This document shows, piece after piece, positions 29,800 through 39,317 of a DNA stretch of 64,000 nt. The DNA is from Candidatus Kaiserbacteria bacterium (GTDB lineage: Bacteria > Patescibacteriota > Minisyncoccia > Phycocordibacterales > UBA2100). Positions within the stretch are counted from its first letter, which is position 1; each line of letters starts with the position of its first letter. Location: positions 89,582 to 153,581 of the forward strand of contig CAVYCR010000005.1 in NCBI GenBank assembly GCA_963767115.1, in the 5' to 3' direction. The translations under genes were made by a program, and so were the position numbers. The notes below the pieces were generated by a model, which saw nothing but the letters and a program-made list of their open reading frames with translations, searched no databases and was not told the DNA's origin.

Positions 29800-30174
29800 A
29801 TGAAAAAAGTCACCGGCATTGGGGGAATATTCTTCAAATGCGACGACCCGCAGGTGATGAAAGAATGGTATGACAAGCATCTCGGCATAAGCGACGCCGG
29901 GTATGGCGCGATGTTTGAGTGGCGAGAGAAAGATAGTGAGAAAGAAGGCTACACACTCTGGAGCCCGTTCGCTTCTGATACCAAATACTTCGAGCCTTCT
30001 CAGAAGAGCTACATGATCAACTATCGAGTGGAAAACATCGAGACGCTCGTCGAAGAGCTCGAGGCCGCGGGCGTACAGATACTCGACGACATCACCGATT
30101 CCGAATACGGCAAATTCGTGCATATCCTCGATCCTGAAGGCAACAAAGTGGAGCTCTTTCAACCTCCGATGTAA
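29800..30174 (+). CDS. VOC/glyoxalase family protein
   Basis: ..GIGGIFFK.DDP......Y...LG.. and ..F.DPEGNKVEL.. Confidence 0.8.
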   Translation: MKKVTGIGGIFFKCDDPQVMKEWYDKHLGISDAGYGAMFEWREKDSEKEGYTLWSPFASDTKYFEPSQKSYMINYRVENIETLVEELEAAGVQILDDITDSEYGKFVHILDPEGNKVELFQPPM

Positions 30175-30187
30175 GAAGCTATACAGT

Positions 30188-30982
30188 CTATACAGTCTTT
30201 TTATCTGAACGCGTCGCGGTAAGGTACCCGACCAGACAGATAATAATGATCAGGAGTACCAAGCTGACCGGTCCTGTACCCCACCCGAGACCGCCGCGCG
30301 CAGTAGAGACGCCCATCCAGTCTGCAAAAGAAGCGCCAAGCGGGCGTGTAAGGATATAGGCGAGCCAGAAAGCGAGCACGGCGTTGGTCGACTGATGCTT
30401 GTGCTCGGCGGCCAAGATACTCCGCACGAGGTAGTGGGCGATCGTCACCAGTGCGATGAGTACCGCAAACATGACGCCCGAGGTGAAATACCCGAGCCCG
30501 AGCGTCGTTGCCGTCATATCGCCGGCCGCCGTGCCGAGTGCAAAGGTCGCCATGACCGTGAGCCAATAAAAGACCTCGCGCCTCAGAGTATAGATGCTGT
30601 GTATCGAGAGCGTCTTTTCATACTTGTACCAGAGCGCGAAGATCACGACGAGTACTAGGAGGAAGAAGCTCGTCGAGAGCAGGTACGGCACGCCCAAGAC
30701 GACGTGCACCAAGTCGGCTGCCATCGTGCCGAAGACGGCTATCATGAGCGCGGCGGACCAATAGACAAAAGGTATGTATCGCTTGACCCTGAACTGCATT
30801 ATGAGCGCGACAACGAAGCCTGCAGCGCCAAGCGCCACTCCCACAGCCGGATCAAAATGAGTGACGAGAAAGTCGGAGGTCGTCTCCCCCATGCCGGTCG
30901 TGAGCACTTTGACGATCCAAAACAAAACGCTTATTTCCGGCACCTTTGCCGCCGCATGAGATACGTATTTTTTCTGTAGCAT
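30188..30982 (-). CDS. polytopic membrane protein (DUF347-like repeats)
   Basis: ..FWIVKVLTTGMGETTSDFL.. repeated motif. The start is at the internal Met at 30982. Confidence 0.55.
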   Translation of the reverse strand: MLQKKYVSHAAAKVPEISVLFWIVKVLTTGMGETTSDFLVTHFDPAVGVALGAAGFVVALIMQFRVKRYIPFVYWSAALMIAVFGTMAADLVHVVLGVPYLLSTSFFLLVLVVIFALWYKYEKTLSIHSIYTLRREVFYWLTVMATFALGTAAGDMTATTLGLGYFTSGVMFAVLIALVTIAHYLVRSILAAEHKHQSTNAVLAFWLAYILTRPLGASFADWMGVSTARGGLGWGTGPVSLVLLIIIICLVGYLTATRSDKKTV

Positions 30983-31159
30983 ATGAGCTGTTTCAACCCC
31001 CGACGGTCTAATGTAAATGTAGTATGACCCAGAGCCACGTCGCGAAAAGGCTGAGCGCAATAAGGACACTCACCACTTGTTGCCAGCGCGGCTCCTTGAT
31101 GTGCGTCTTGAAATCTTTTTTGTCTTTGTCGTCGGTCATCTTTTTGACGTTATTTTTCT

Positions 31160-31498
31160 CTATTTTTGAATGGGCCGGATCGTAACTGCCGTCCCGTAGG
31201 CCGCAACCTCGTTCATAGAATTGCCGATGTCGCCCGTATCGAAGCGCATCGTCAAGACGGCGTTTGCACCTTTCTCCGCTGCAGCCTTCTTCATACGCTC
31301 GATCGCTTCGATGCGACTGTCACTCACGAGCTTGGTGAAGGCATCGATCTCGCCGCCAATGATCGATTGGAGCCCCGCGCCAATAGTGCTGAAGAGGTTG
31401 CGGCTCCTCACGAGCACGCCGAAAACCTCGCCATAGACCTGCACGACCTCATAGCCTGGTACATCGTTGGTAGTCACCACCAAAATAGAATCATTCAT
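31160..31498 (-). CDS. YbjQ/UPF0145 family protein
   Basis: ..VTTN.VPGYEV....G.V.G..VRSRN......AGL....GGEI...T.L....R..A..RM...A...GANAV...RFD. Confidence 0.85.
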   Translation of the reverse strand: MNDSILVVTTNDVPGYEVVQVYGEVFGVLVRSRNLFSTIGAGLQSIIGGEIDAFTKLVSDSRIEAIERMKKAAAEKGANAVLTMRFDTGDIGNSMNEVAAYGTAVTIRPIQK

Positions 31499-31530
31499 AG
31501 TATGTATTTATAGTATGCCATACTTTCTGC

Positions 31531-32109
31531 ATGGACGTCTTCTCTACTACAGAACCGGTAGATCCGCGCCTGGAGACTCTCGGGACGATACTGCTGACGC
31601 TTGCCGCTTGGTATTACGGCTACCAGCTCCTCTTCACGTATCAGCCGTACATCCCGCTTGATTATATAAACCTCGTGACGCACGAGACGGGCGGGGTCTT
31701 CTTTATCTTTGTCAGTCAGTTCTATTTCATGATCGGCCAAAACATCTACCAAAGCCTCGTCCCGCTCACATTCCTCGTCTACTTTTATTGGTATAAGCAG
31801 CCGCTCGGCACCGGCTTCTGCCTCTTCTGGCTCGGCGACAGCATCTTGCAGACGGGGCTCTACATGCAAGACGCCGTAGCAATGGCATTGCCGATCGTGA
31901 CGATCTGGGGAGACGGCACCGGCAACGACCATGATTGGAACTACGTCTTTTCTCAAGCCGGCCTTTTGCCGTACGCGCAGACGATAGGCGGATTCGTCTG
32001 GTACATCGGCGCGCTGTGCATCGTTGCGAGTATCGCGTACCTCTGCTATTTGAGTATCAAACGGTTCTATCCGAATTTCAGGATTCCTTTGAGGACGCAA
32101 CTGGGGTAA
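31531..32109 (+). CDS. membrane protein, hypothetical
   Basis: ORF with 5-6 TM helices. Confidence 0.5.
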   Translation: MDVFSTTEPVDPRLETLGTILLTLAAWYYGYQLLFTYQPYIPLDYINLVTHETGGVFFIFVSQFYFMIGQNIYQSLVPLTFLVYFYWYKQPLGTGFCLFWLGDSILQTGLYMQDAVAMALPIVTIWGDGTGNDHDWNYVFSQAGLLPYAQTIGGFVWYIGALCIVASIAYLCYLSIKRFYPNFRIPLRTQLG

Positions 32110-32115
32110 ACAAAA

Positions 32116-32646
32116 TTAGCGCTGTGCCCATTCTTTCGCGCGTATTTTAATCGCGGCTATCACGTCCTTCTTTCCACTATCGTAGTCGGCATAATTGTCA
32201 TGATGCTCGGAGTAGAGTTTGCGCTTGGTAGCAATATAAAGATTGCGATCTTCTTCGTTTTGCTGCAGAAAATCTCTAAAGTCTTTGTATTCAGCGATTT
32301 TCGGATTCCCTTCTTGGAGCGTGTGGACACTTACGAGCCGCACCCCTTCGATAGAATCCTGAGTCATATATTCGTCATCTTCTGCGACATATCCGCGGCC
32401 TTTGGGAATAAATCCTTCCTGTATAAAAAGATGATGCTTATCTTTGACCGCATCAAGATCCTTGACCACCGCAAGCACGTCGATCTGCGGCTTCGCCACC
32501 ATGCCAATGATCGAAGTGCTCCCGATATGATCAATCTCTACGAGATTGTCGCCGAAGATCGGCTTCAACTTCTCCGCCGCTTCCAAGAAACGCTCTTTCC
32601 ATGCCGGATCGTATTCGAGTAATTCGTACGTGCGATGCGGTTTCAT
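32116..32646 (-). CDS. GrpB family protein
   Basis: ..VEIDHIGSTSI.GM.AKP.IDVL..V. Confidence 0.8.
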   Translation of the reverse strand: MKPHRTYELLEYDPAWKERFLEAAEKLKPIFGDNLVEIDHIGSTSIIGMVAKPQIDVLAVVKDLDAVKDKHHLFIQEGFIPKGRGYVAEDDEYMTQDSIEGVRLVSVHTLQEGNPKIAEYKDFRDFLQQNEEDRNLYIATKRKLYSEHHDNYADYDSGKKDVIAAIKIRAKEWAQR

Positions 32647-33482
32647 ACGCCTCTGCTACGTCCTCTTCTGTCAAGCGCTTTTTTCTCCTTTTTTCTTCTC
32701 GGTTCGATAACTTTCAAATCTTCTTCAGGCCGAATTAGTTCCGGCTTGATACCGCGAGACAGGAGTGTCTGCCGAGTAGCCCGGCTACTTTTGACCACCT
32801 CTGCATTCATTGCATCTTTGCCGCGAATGTTTTTCTCCTTGATATTGTGGTCGGTCATCGCAAGCGCAAAGTCTTTTGCTCGCAGTTCCACATGACTGTC
32901 GAAATCAGCGAGCGATCTGCCGGTAGGAATTTTGCGCATCTTTTTCAAGTGCGCCGCACCGATCCCGCCATACAGTGCTTCGATGTGCTTATTCTTGAAC
33001 GTCGCAAATTCGACATGCAATGTAATTCCTCTTTGATATACCGTCGACTCGATCTTGCGCTCCGTTTCTCGTAACTTTTGTCGCGCTTCGAGCCGGCGTG
33101 TTTCCTTCTCTCGCTTTTCTAATAACTCTTGTTTGCGTGTTTGGTTTGCAAAGTACGTCTGAGCAAGCGCGACTTGCGGCTTGCGCGGGTCGGCATTCTG
33201 AGCGATCAAATAGCAGGCATAACGCGTGAGAAAGTAGTCTTCTTTCGGGCGGCCGCCGGTACTTTTTACTGGCGCCGGTAAAAAGTGTATTTCCACAGGA
33301 CTACCGCTGATTTTGCATGCCTCTTTTGCCCTTTCGATGGCCTGAACAAACTGCTGCCATTTTACGTAACCAAGCAGAGGCATAAGATCCCGAGCCAGCC
33401 AAAACTCGACAGGATTTTCGTCCTGTGTCGTCCTCTTGACGGATTCGAGATTGTTTTGGATTTGAATCAGCACAGTGTCCAT
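32643..33482 (-). CDS. DNA-damage-inducible protein D (DinD)-like
   Basis: ..EFWLARDLMPLLGY..W..F...I.RAK.AC...G....HF.. ATGA overlap with the GrpB-family gene. Confidence 0.7.
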   Translation of the reverse strand: MDTVLIQIQNNLESVKRTTQDENPVEFWLARDLMPLLGYVKWQQFVQAIERAKEACKISGSPVEIHFLPAPVKSTGGRPKEDYFLTRYACYLIAQNADPRKPQVALAQTYFANQTRKQELLEKREKETRRLEARQKLRETERKIESTVYQRGITLHVEFATFKNKHIEALYGGIGAAHLKKMRKIPTGRSLADFDSHVELRAKDFALAMTDHNIKEKNIRGKDAMNAEVVKSSRATRQTLLSRGIKPELIRPEEDLKVIEPRRKKEKKALDRRGRSRGV

Positions 33483-33521
33483 AATGCCGAGATTATACCC
33501 TACTCTGGATTTACAGAGTGG

Positions 33522-33827
33522 CTATGCAGATTTCACTTTCTTTTTGGCGAGCACGCCGCGCACCGAAGGGCTGACCGCTTTGTCGGTGCGATGGATGCAC
33601 CCCACCCAGCAACACGGTCGGCGCATGCCGTCGATGAGCTCCGAGACCACTCTCTTCACATGGTCTTTGCGCGTGTCTTCCCTTTTGACCGAGATAGTCC
33701 AACAAATCCATTCGTTGCGTGCGATCGCCGAGATGTCTTCCCACGCGGCAAGCGCCTTGGGGCTTCCCGCGAGCGCCTTCTTGAGGTCCTCTGGCAATGT
33801 GTGTACCGTCCCGGAAGATACTTTCAT
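33522..33827 (-). CDS. YdeI/OmpD-associated family protein
   Basis: ..P.DL..AL...P.A...W...S...R.E.I.WI...K..ETR..R. Confidence 0.6.
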   Translation of the reverse strand: MKVSSGTVHTLPEDLKKALAGSPKALAAWEDISAIARNEWICWTISVKREDTRKDHVKRVVSELIDGMRRPCCWVGCIHRTDKAVSPSVRGVLAKKKVKSA

Positions 33828-33922
33828 ACGTCAATGGTAATGGAAATATGACGTACGTCCAGCCGGAGACATACCGCAAGGCAACACCCTGCGGAAGGGT
33901 AAAGAAGTGGCTGTCTTGAAGC

Positions 33923-34327
33923 ATGTGTGATATATATGGCTTGGGAAGAACCATCTTGGAGGAAAAGATGTTCTACGTCATCGCACTGGCCGTTATTTTC
34001 GTAGTAGGTATATTTATCGGTTTTATCCGATGCATAAAGAAGTACACATTTCGAATTTTCACCGAAATGCCGGTTATGCAGTGGATTCCATACCACGAAA
34101 TATCGTTTCGCTACTTCGATAATGCTGACTTTTGGACTAGGCTGATCCTAGATGCCCTATACAGGCGCAACTTTATTGAATGTAGGATTATGGAGGGGTT
34201 TGAATGTGCATTCGATATCACTAATCGAACGTTCACTTCTTCGGATATCGAGGTATGTGAGTTCAGGCTTCGCTTCAGGCCACGCAAGAAAAAGTATACG
34301 TTCAATATTGTGCCTCTAGGAGCGTAG
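33923..34327 (+). CDS. hypothetical protein (low GC)
   Basis: ORF track. A terminator-like hairpin lies at about 34383-34410. Confidence 0.4.
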   Translation: MCDIYGLGRTILEEKMFYVIALAVIFVVGIFIGFIRCIKKYTFRIFTEMPVMQWIPYHEISFRYFDNADFWTRLILDALYRRNFIECRIMEGFECAFDITNRTFTSSDIEVCEFRLRFRPRKKKYTFNIVPLGA

Positions 34328-34438
34328 GAACAAGAACCTCAAATGGCTCTTAACACGCTAAAGAACTAATCTTGCTACTGATGCCGGCCCTTGTGCCGGT
34401 ATTTTCTTATTCATTGGGGAAAAAATAGCTGCCCCTCC

Positions 34439-35347
34439 CTAATGATCCTCGGCTCGCAAGCCAAGCTCGAGAACGACAACAGGGGTGTGAATGTGAAGCG
34501 CGGGCTTCGGACGCGCTGCGAGATGGGACTGCGCCCCGGCGTCGCGCCAGTAGGCTACAGCAACGAGAAACATGCGGATCGGAAATGTCATGCGGTAGTA
34601 GATACCGTGCGAGCGCCCGTTATCAAGCAGATGTTCGAGAAGGTCGCGAACGAGAAGTACAGCGGCCGAAGGCTTCATCAATGGCTGAAGTTCGATATCA
34701 ACTTCAAGAGTCGTGGCAATAAGAATATGACGCTCAGCAGCGTCTACGTAGTTCTACAGAACCCCTTCTACTACGGTGTATTCGAGTACCCGGAGAAGAG
34801 CGGCAACTGGTATCAGGGCAAGCACGAACCGTTGATATCCAAGGAATTATTCGAAAAGGTACAGGCGCAGCTCAAGCGAGACAACATACAGCGCGAATCG
34901 CACGAATTCGCCTTCACCAAGCTCATGACCTGCGGCAAGTGCGGATCATGCATCAGTGCTGAGGAAAAATACAAACAGCGAAAAGATGGCACGACCGCCC
35001 GCTACGTCTACTACGGATGCGGACGCACTCGCGACAAACAGTGCAAAGGCAATACGTATCTACGAGAGGAGGAACTCGTAGAGCAATTGCTCAAGATCAT
35101 CGATCAGATCGATATCAACCAGATCAACGTGCAAATGAAATTCGAAGACGAATTGAAACGGCACAATAAATTCCAGCGTACGGTACTTGGACTCTCAGAC
35201 CCGAGTGCAACGCATGAGGAGATCAATATCCGGACCTATGCAAAATACATTCTCAAGGAGGGCACGAATGAGGAGAAGCGCGAGTTGATGGGATGCTTCA
35301 AGTCGAAGTTGAAGATCATGAAAGGGGTTGTGACGATAGAAATCTGA
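34439..35347 (+). pseudogene. 5'-truncated large serine recombinase (lacks the catalytic resolvase domain)
   Basis: Collinear with residues from about 143 to the end of the recombinase at 51974-53305, with an offset of 17961 bp. The 3' ~560 nt are near-identical. Homology starts abruptly at ..LMILGSQAKLENDN. Confidence 0.8.
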
Positions 35348-35368
35348 TCCGGTATTATTGCGGAGTCT

Positions 35369-36751
35369 CTATTTCTTATTTAAGTGCTGAACCACTTTAG
35401 AAACAGCTGCGACTTTCTTCTTTAAGCGACGCCCCCGTTTCAGGATAGAGATTTGCTTTGGTATTGCAGGAGCATCGAGAACCGACGCAGTACGCTTGGC
35501 ATAGGCTAGGAAGTTATTTTTTGGAACGCCGAATTTCTGATGAAGTAGTCGCTTCGGTGGTCCAGAACGGCCTTTCGCAAATGCCCCGATCACTGCCCTC
35601 CGCGTCAGCTGATTCATGCGCCGGTCGAACCGTGCGATAGACCCATGTCGCAAGCTCAAGTTTGTCCCATCGGAAACGATCCCGAGGTATTGGATCTGCG
35701 CGGCAATACCAGTGATCGGATCGAGTGATTGCACAACACCATTGTTCACGACACATATGCGACGCACCGTCTTCTGTTCCTTGATTTGAAGTCGAAGTTT
35801 CTTAATCTCTCCCATGACTCTTTCTTCGATCTGCGAAGAGTATTCCGGCGGACAGACGATTAGGATATCATCGGAATAACGTCGATAGAGGCCACCAACT
35901 TCACTGACGACCTTGGCGATTTCTGTATCAAAGTCCAGCATGTAGACATTTGCGAGCGTGCAGCTCAATGCTGCTCCTTGCGGTATACCCTTCGTTTCGC
36001 TTCGCACCTCCTGTAGGTGCCTATCGATTATCTTCGATTTGAATTCGTGCGGAAGAACGATGCGGGACTGCCCGCGCTGCTTCGCATGCACCACCAAATC
36101 GCGCATCCGGCCCTGGCGAACAAACCTATATTTTGTGACTGATCTGAATACCGCCGTATGATCCGCAGGGAGGTTCTCTGCACCGAGAATCTGCGCCCAC
36201 TTCTGTCGTAGCAAGTCATGATCAATCTCCTCATAAAACTTTGATACGTCGAGTGCAATGACTGCGCAGGGAGCGTGATCCCGCATGAATGTAAATGCGT
36301 CTTGCGCGAAGTGAGCCGTACTCATCGCGGTGAACCCGTCGACTGTCTTGATCGCCCGATATGCGATGACGTTGGTCCCTATGCCCCTAATAGCAAGTTC
36401 TGATTCGTATGCATCAGAAATAAGGTTTGCATACCACGAATAAACAAGAGCATCTCCATGAGACGCATAGTCGATAGGTCGTCTCTTGATCTCTCGTTCG
36501 CGATGCCGACTTCCTTTGACGCGGTTTTTCGGATGCCTGAATCGATTCTCTTTGGCATCAATTCGTATGAATGGATAAAACGAGTGCCTCGCTACATTTT
36601 CAGGCTGAAGCATTTCGAGCGTTCTATTTCGGTCGAGCGTCGATATACGACTATCAAAATGAAGGTATTGACGCTTTGCTCGTCGGTCGGGTCGGCGTTT
36701 GAGTTTGTCAGCTTCTTTCTCGAACCATTGTTCCCATTTTGCAGTATTCAT
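35369..36751 (-). CDS. stand-alone reverse transcriptase, Abi/UG (defence-associated) type, not retron, group II or DGR
   Basis: RT motifs RRPIDYASHGDALVYSWY, ALDVSKFYEEIDH, GIPQGAALS, YRRYSDDILIV and YLG. No maturase, endonuclease or retron VTG features were seen. Confidence 0.8.
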   Translation of the reverse strand: MNTAKWEQWFEKEADKLKRRPDRRAKRQYLHFDSRISTLDRNRTLEMLQPENVARHSFYPFIRIDAKENRFRHPKNRVKGSRHREREIKRRPIDYASHGDALVYSWYANLISDAYESELAIRGIGTNVIAYRAIKTVDGFTAMSTAHFAQDAFTFMRDHAPCAVIALDVSKFYEEIDHDLLRQKWAQILGAENLPADHTAVFRSVTKYRFVRQGRMRDLVVHAKQRGQSRIVLPHEFKSKIIDRHLQEVRSETKGIPQGAALSCTLANVYMLDFDTEIAKVVSEVGGLYRRYSDDILIVCPPEYSSQIEERVMGEIKKLRLQIKEQKTVRRICVVNNGVVQSLDPITGIAAQIQYLGIVSDGTNLSLRHGSIARFDRRMNQLTRRAVIGAFAKGRSGPPKRLLHQKFGVPKNNFLAYAKRTASVLDAPAIPKQISILKRGRRLKKKVAAVSKVVQHLNKK

Positions 36752-37219
36752 AATTCAAGTACACCCGACACCCCCTGGGCTCCTGGTGCCTCAAGGCTAG
36801 CGCCTTTGGTCAGGGGTGTGGGCAGCGATTCGCGAGGACGTTCGAGACGTCGTTTACCATCTGTGACGGCCAGGAAAATAAAACGTGTACATTATAATTC
36901 ATGCAATGAACATGACCGAACGATTCATACACCTTGCGATGCATGCCGTGGCTGCGTTCCTGCTGATGACATCGAGCGATAATCCTCGCGGATTGACTCC
37001 TATCAACTTCATGCCCCGTGAACACTAACGAACACGGGGGCTCGCGAATCGGGCACTAAGGCCACATTTGATATTACGCTTCCTAGTTACGAGGTCAATA
37101 TTGAAAACCCACTCGAACACAAGCGTAACGGCAGATGATCTGAAACATCACCCTACAAGAACATGAAATGCGGTTCTTTCGAATCCTTTGCCCTCTCTAG
37201 ACTTATCGAAAAAGTGACG

Positions 37220-37301
37220 CATAACCGGCGCTCAAAATAAGGCTCGGCATAGCACCGATAACAAGTACTGACTGCGGGGTGTTTGGTACGAGGTTGGAAC
37301 T
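37220..37301 (-). repeat. att-like scar: copy of the tRNA-Ser 3' flank plus a degenerate tRNA 3'-like motif
   Basis: cataaccggcgctcaaaataaggctcggcatagcaccgataacaagtact compared with 54692-54746, about 85-90% identical by eye. It is followed by gtgtttggtacgaggttggaact. Confidence 0.65.
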
Positions 37302-37304
37302 AGT

Positions 37305-37835
37305 TTAGGTTAAAAAACCCTTATTTCTACCGTCATCAACAATTTTATCCAACTCTTTTAAGTATTCTTCACATATAGAGAATATGTCTTCGTCACCCTG
37401 CCAGTCACTAAAAGTATATTTACTTGAAATAATCCCGTTATCGATAGCACTTTGGAATGGTTGAAATTTGCCGATCGACTGCCCTTTTATATTTCCATCC
37501 TTATCTTTGTGTACCATTGATACAGAATCGCTAATATGTATAGTTTCTGATAGCATCAATGAAATATCGCGTTTAAACTCAAGAGGTTCAGTGTGAATAT
37601 TGAAATCTCTTTTGTCTTTCAAAAAATCTACTACCTTGTTGTTTGTCACTTGGTTGTCATACCATCTTTTGCCATCATCTTTAGACTCAGCTTCTTTTAA
37701 AGCATATTGTAAAACCGATCGAGAAGATGATAAAAAAGCACTTAGATTAAATTTAAAACCTTCTCTATTTTCTTTCTCTTTTACCATCTGAGAGTAAAAG
37801 TATTTTGCTTCAAGAAGCTTATCTATTTCATTCAT
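37305..37835 (-). CDS. hypothetical protein (low GC cassette gene 1)
   Basis: ORF track. AT-rich codon usage unlike the flanks. No domain recognised. Confidence 0.6.
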   Translation of the reverse strand: MNEIDKLLEAKYFYSQMVKEKENREGFKFNLSAFLSSSRSVLQYALKEAESKDDGKRWYDNQVTNNKVVDFLKDKRDFNIHTEPLEFKRDISLMLSETIHISDSVSMVHKDKDGNIKGQSIGKFQPFQSAIDNGIISSKYTFSDWQGDEDIFSICEEYLKELDKIVDDGRNKGFLT

Positions 37836-37848
37836 GCTCTTTACGGAC

Positions 37849-37873
37849 GTGTATTTGGTACGAGGTTGAAACT
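37849..37873 (-). repeat. second copy of the 23-25 nt tRNA-3'-like motif
   Basis: gtgtatttggtacgaggttgaaact compared with 37279-37301 gtgtttggtacgaggttggaact. Confidence 0.6.
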
Positions 37874-37904
37874 CTCTTAGGATAGAAGAACTTAATTTAG
37901 TTGC

Positions 37905-39131
37905 CTATTCTCGCGCCTTATATATTTCGAGGAAAAGCTGCGATAGTTCATTGATACCCGAGGTCTGGATACCTTGCCCCTTAAAAGAAACTGGACATCC
38001 TCTTCCTCTGGAAGGAAGTCGATCAAGCTCTTGATCTTGAGCTTCTTTAATTTCACCCGTTGAGAGTGCTTGCTTTATTTTCTGCATCTCATCAAGAATA
38101 TGAGGATTAAGAATAAGCTTGCCTTGTGCATCTTTTTGTACAAGTTCGGAAAGATATTTTCCCATCAAAGAGAAAGGGCCGATATAGCCTGGTGGAGCAA
38201 GATATCCGAGCTGATTTGGCAATTCAGCCTTTATTAAATCCTCGATAAACTTTTCTGAATCATCGTAGCCATCTTTTTTCTCTGACGAGAGTTGAGCGAC
38301 AGCTTGACCCAAAGTAACTATACCTTCTTGTAATGCCTTTAGCGCAGCCATACTCATATCATTGAGTAGGCGGAGGTCCTCTTCTCCGCGAGCAGTTTTT
38401 GCAAAAATATCTTTATGTGCTTCAACTAGCTGCGCAGATTTTTCTTCTAGAACGGAGGTGCTCTTGAGCATAATTTCGACTGTTTCGTAAATCTTCTTTG
38501 CTACAGTTGGTCCATATTCGCCAACAGGAATAACAACGAATGGCGGGAGCATTTTACTATTTTCTTTTGACCACGACTTGCCAAACAAAATCTGTGGGGC
38601 ATTTTTTACTTTAAATTTTTTATCCCATATTTCCTGCTCGTTGTTGAGATGCCCGGCATTATGCTCGGCAAATGCTGCGACCTGAGCGAAAAGTGGACTT
38701 ACGGATTCTGAATTAAAGCCCTTTTTCATTTCTTCAATAATTACTTCGATATGATTCTCAAAATGTATTTCACTCATCGGAGAATCTTTACGATTGGTTC
38801 GTCTTAAAAATTCCTTATATCCAATCCCTCCAATCTCTTGATTTCTTAGTAATGACGGTAATTCATTCATCCCAAAACCTAAGAAGTCCATACAGCTTGT
38901 CAAAGAGGAATAATTTGGACTCATTTCCGGTTTATATTCTTCAAGTTCCAGAAATTCGGGATTTGGTTTTGAAACTCCATTCTCGCGCACGGAGGAAACA
39001 TAGTCGCCAATGAATGGCGTAAGAACATTTCGCAAAACTCGCAAATGTTCTACCGCCTCTTTCTTATCAGGAGCCTTCTCGTCATTTTTAGGATGATCGA
39101 CTTCTCTTGCCGACAGTTTTTCTAGTCCCAT
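37905..39131 (-). CDS. hypothetical protein (low GC cassette gene 2)
   Basis: ORF track, 408 aa. No domain recognised. Confidence 0.6.
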   Translation of the reverse strand: MGLEKLSAREVDHPKNDEKAPDKKEAVEHLRVLRNVLTPFIGDYVSSVRENGVSKPNPEFLELEEYKPEMSPNYSSLTSCMDFLGFGMNELPSLLRNQEIGGIGYKEFLRRTNRKDSPMSEIHFENHIEVIIEEMKKGFNSESVSPLFAQVAAFAEHNAGHLNNEQEIWDKKFKVKNAPQILFGKSWSKENSKMLPPFVVIPVGEYGPTVAKKIYETVEIMLKSTSVLEEKSAQLVEAHKDIFAKTARGEEDLRLLNDMSMAALKALQEGIVTLGQAVAQLSSEKKDGYDDSEKFIEDLIKAELPNQLGYLAPPGYIGPFSLMGKYLSELVQKDAQGKLILNPHILDEMQKIKQALSTGEIKEAQDQELDRLPSRGRGCPVSFKGQGIQTSGINELSQLFLEIYKARE

Positions 39132-39260
39132 GTTCCTGATTGTATCAGATATCCCTTATCACTGGGATACCTCTTTACACTTGATATTCAACAGTGCTTA
39201 ATATGTCCTAATGTCTCTCAAAACCCACTACGGGGGCAGTCGTCTAACAGCTACAGACAA

Positions 39261-39317
39261 GGGCTCGACATAGGTCCGATACAAAATACTACGGGCGGGC
39301 ATCCGACGTTTCGAACT
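39261..39317 (-). repeat. pseudo-tRNA-Ser 3' fragment plus flank copy (att scar)
   Basis: The minus strand reads GTTCGAA-N11-CCGCCCGTAGTA. It has the same length and ends as the tRNA T-loop-to-3'-end plus flank (GTTCGAATCCCTGCCTCTCCGCCCGTAGTA). Confidence 0.7.
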
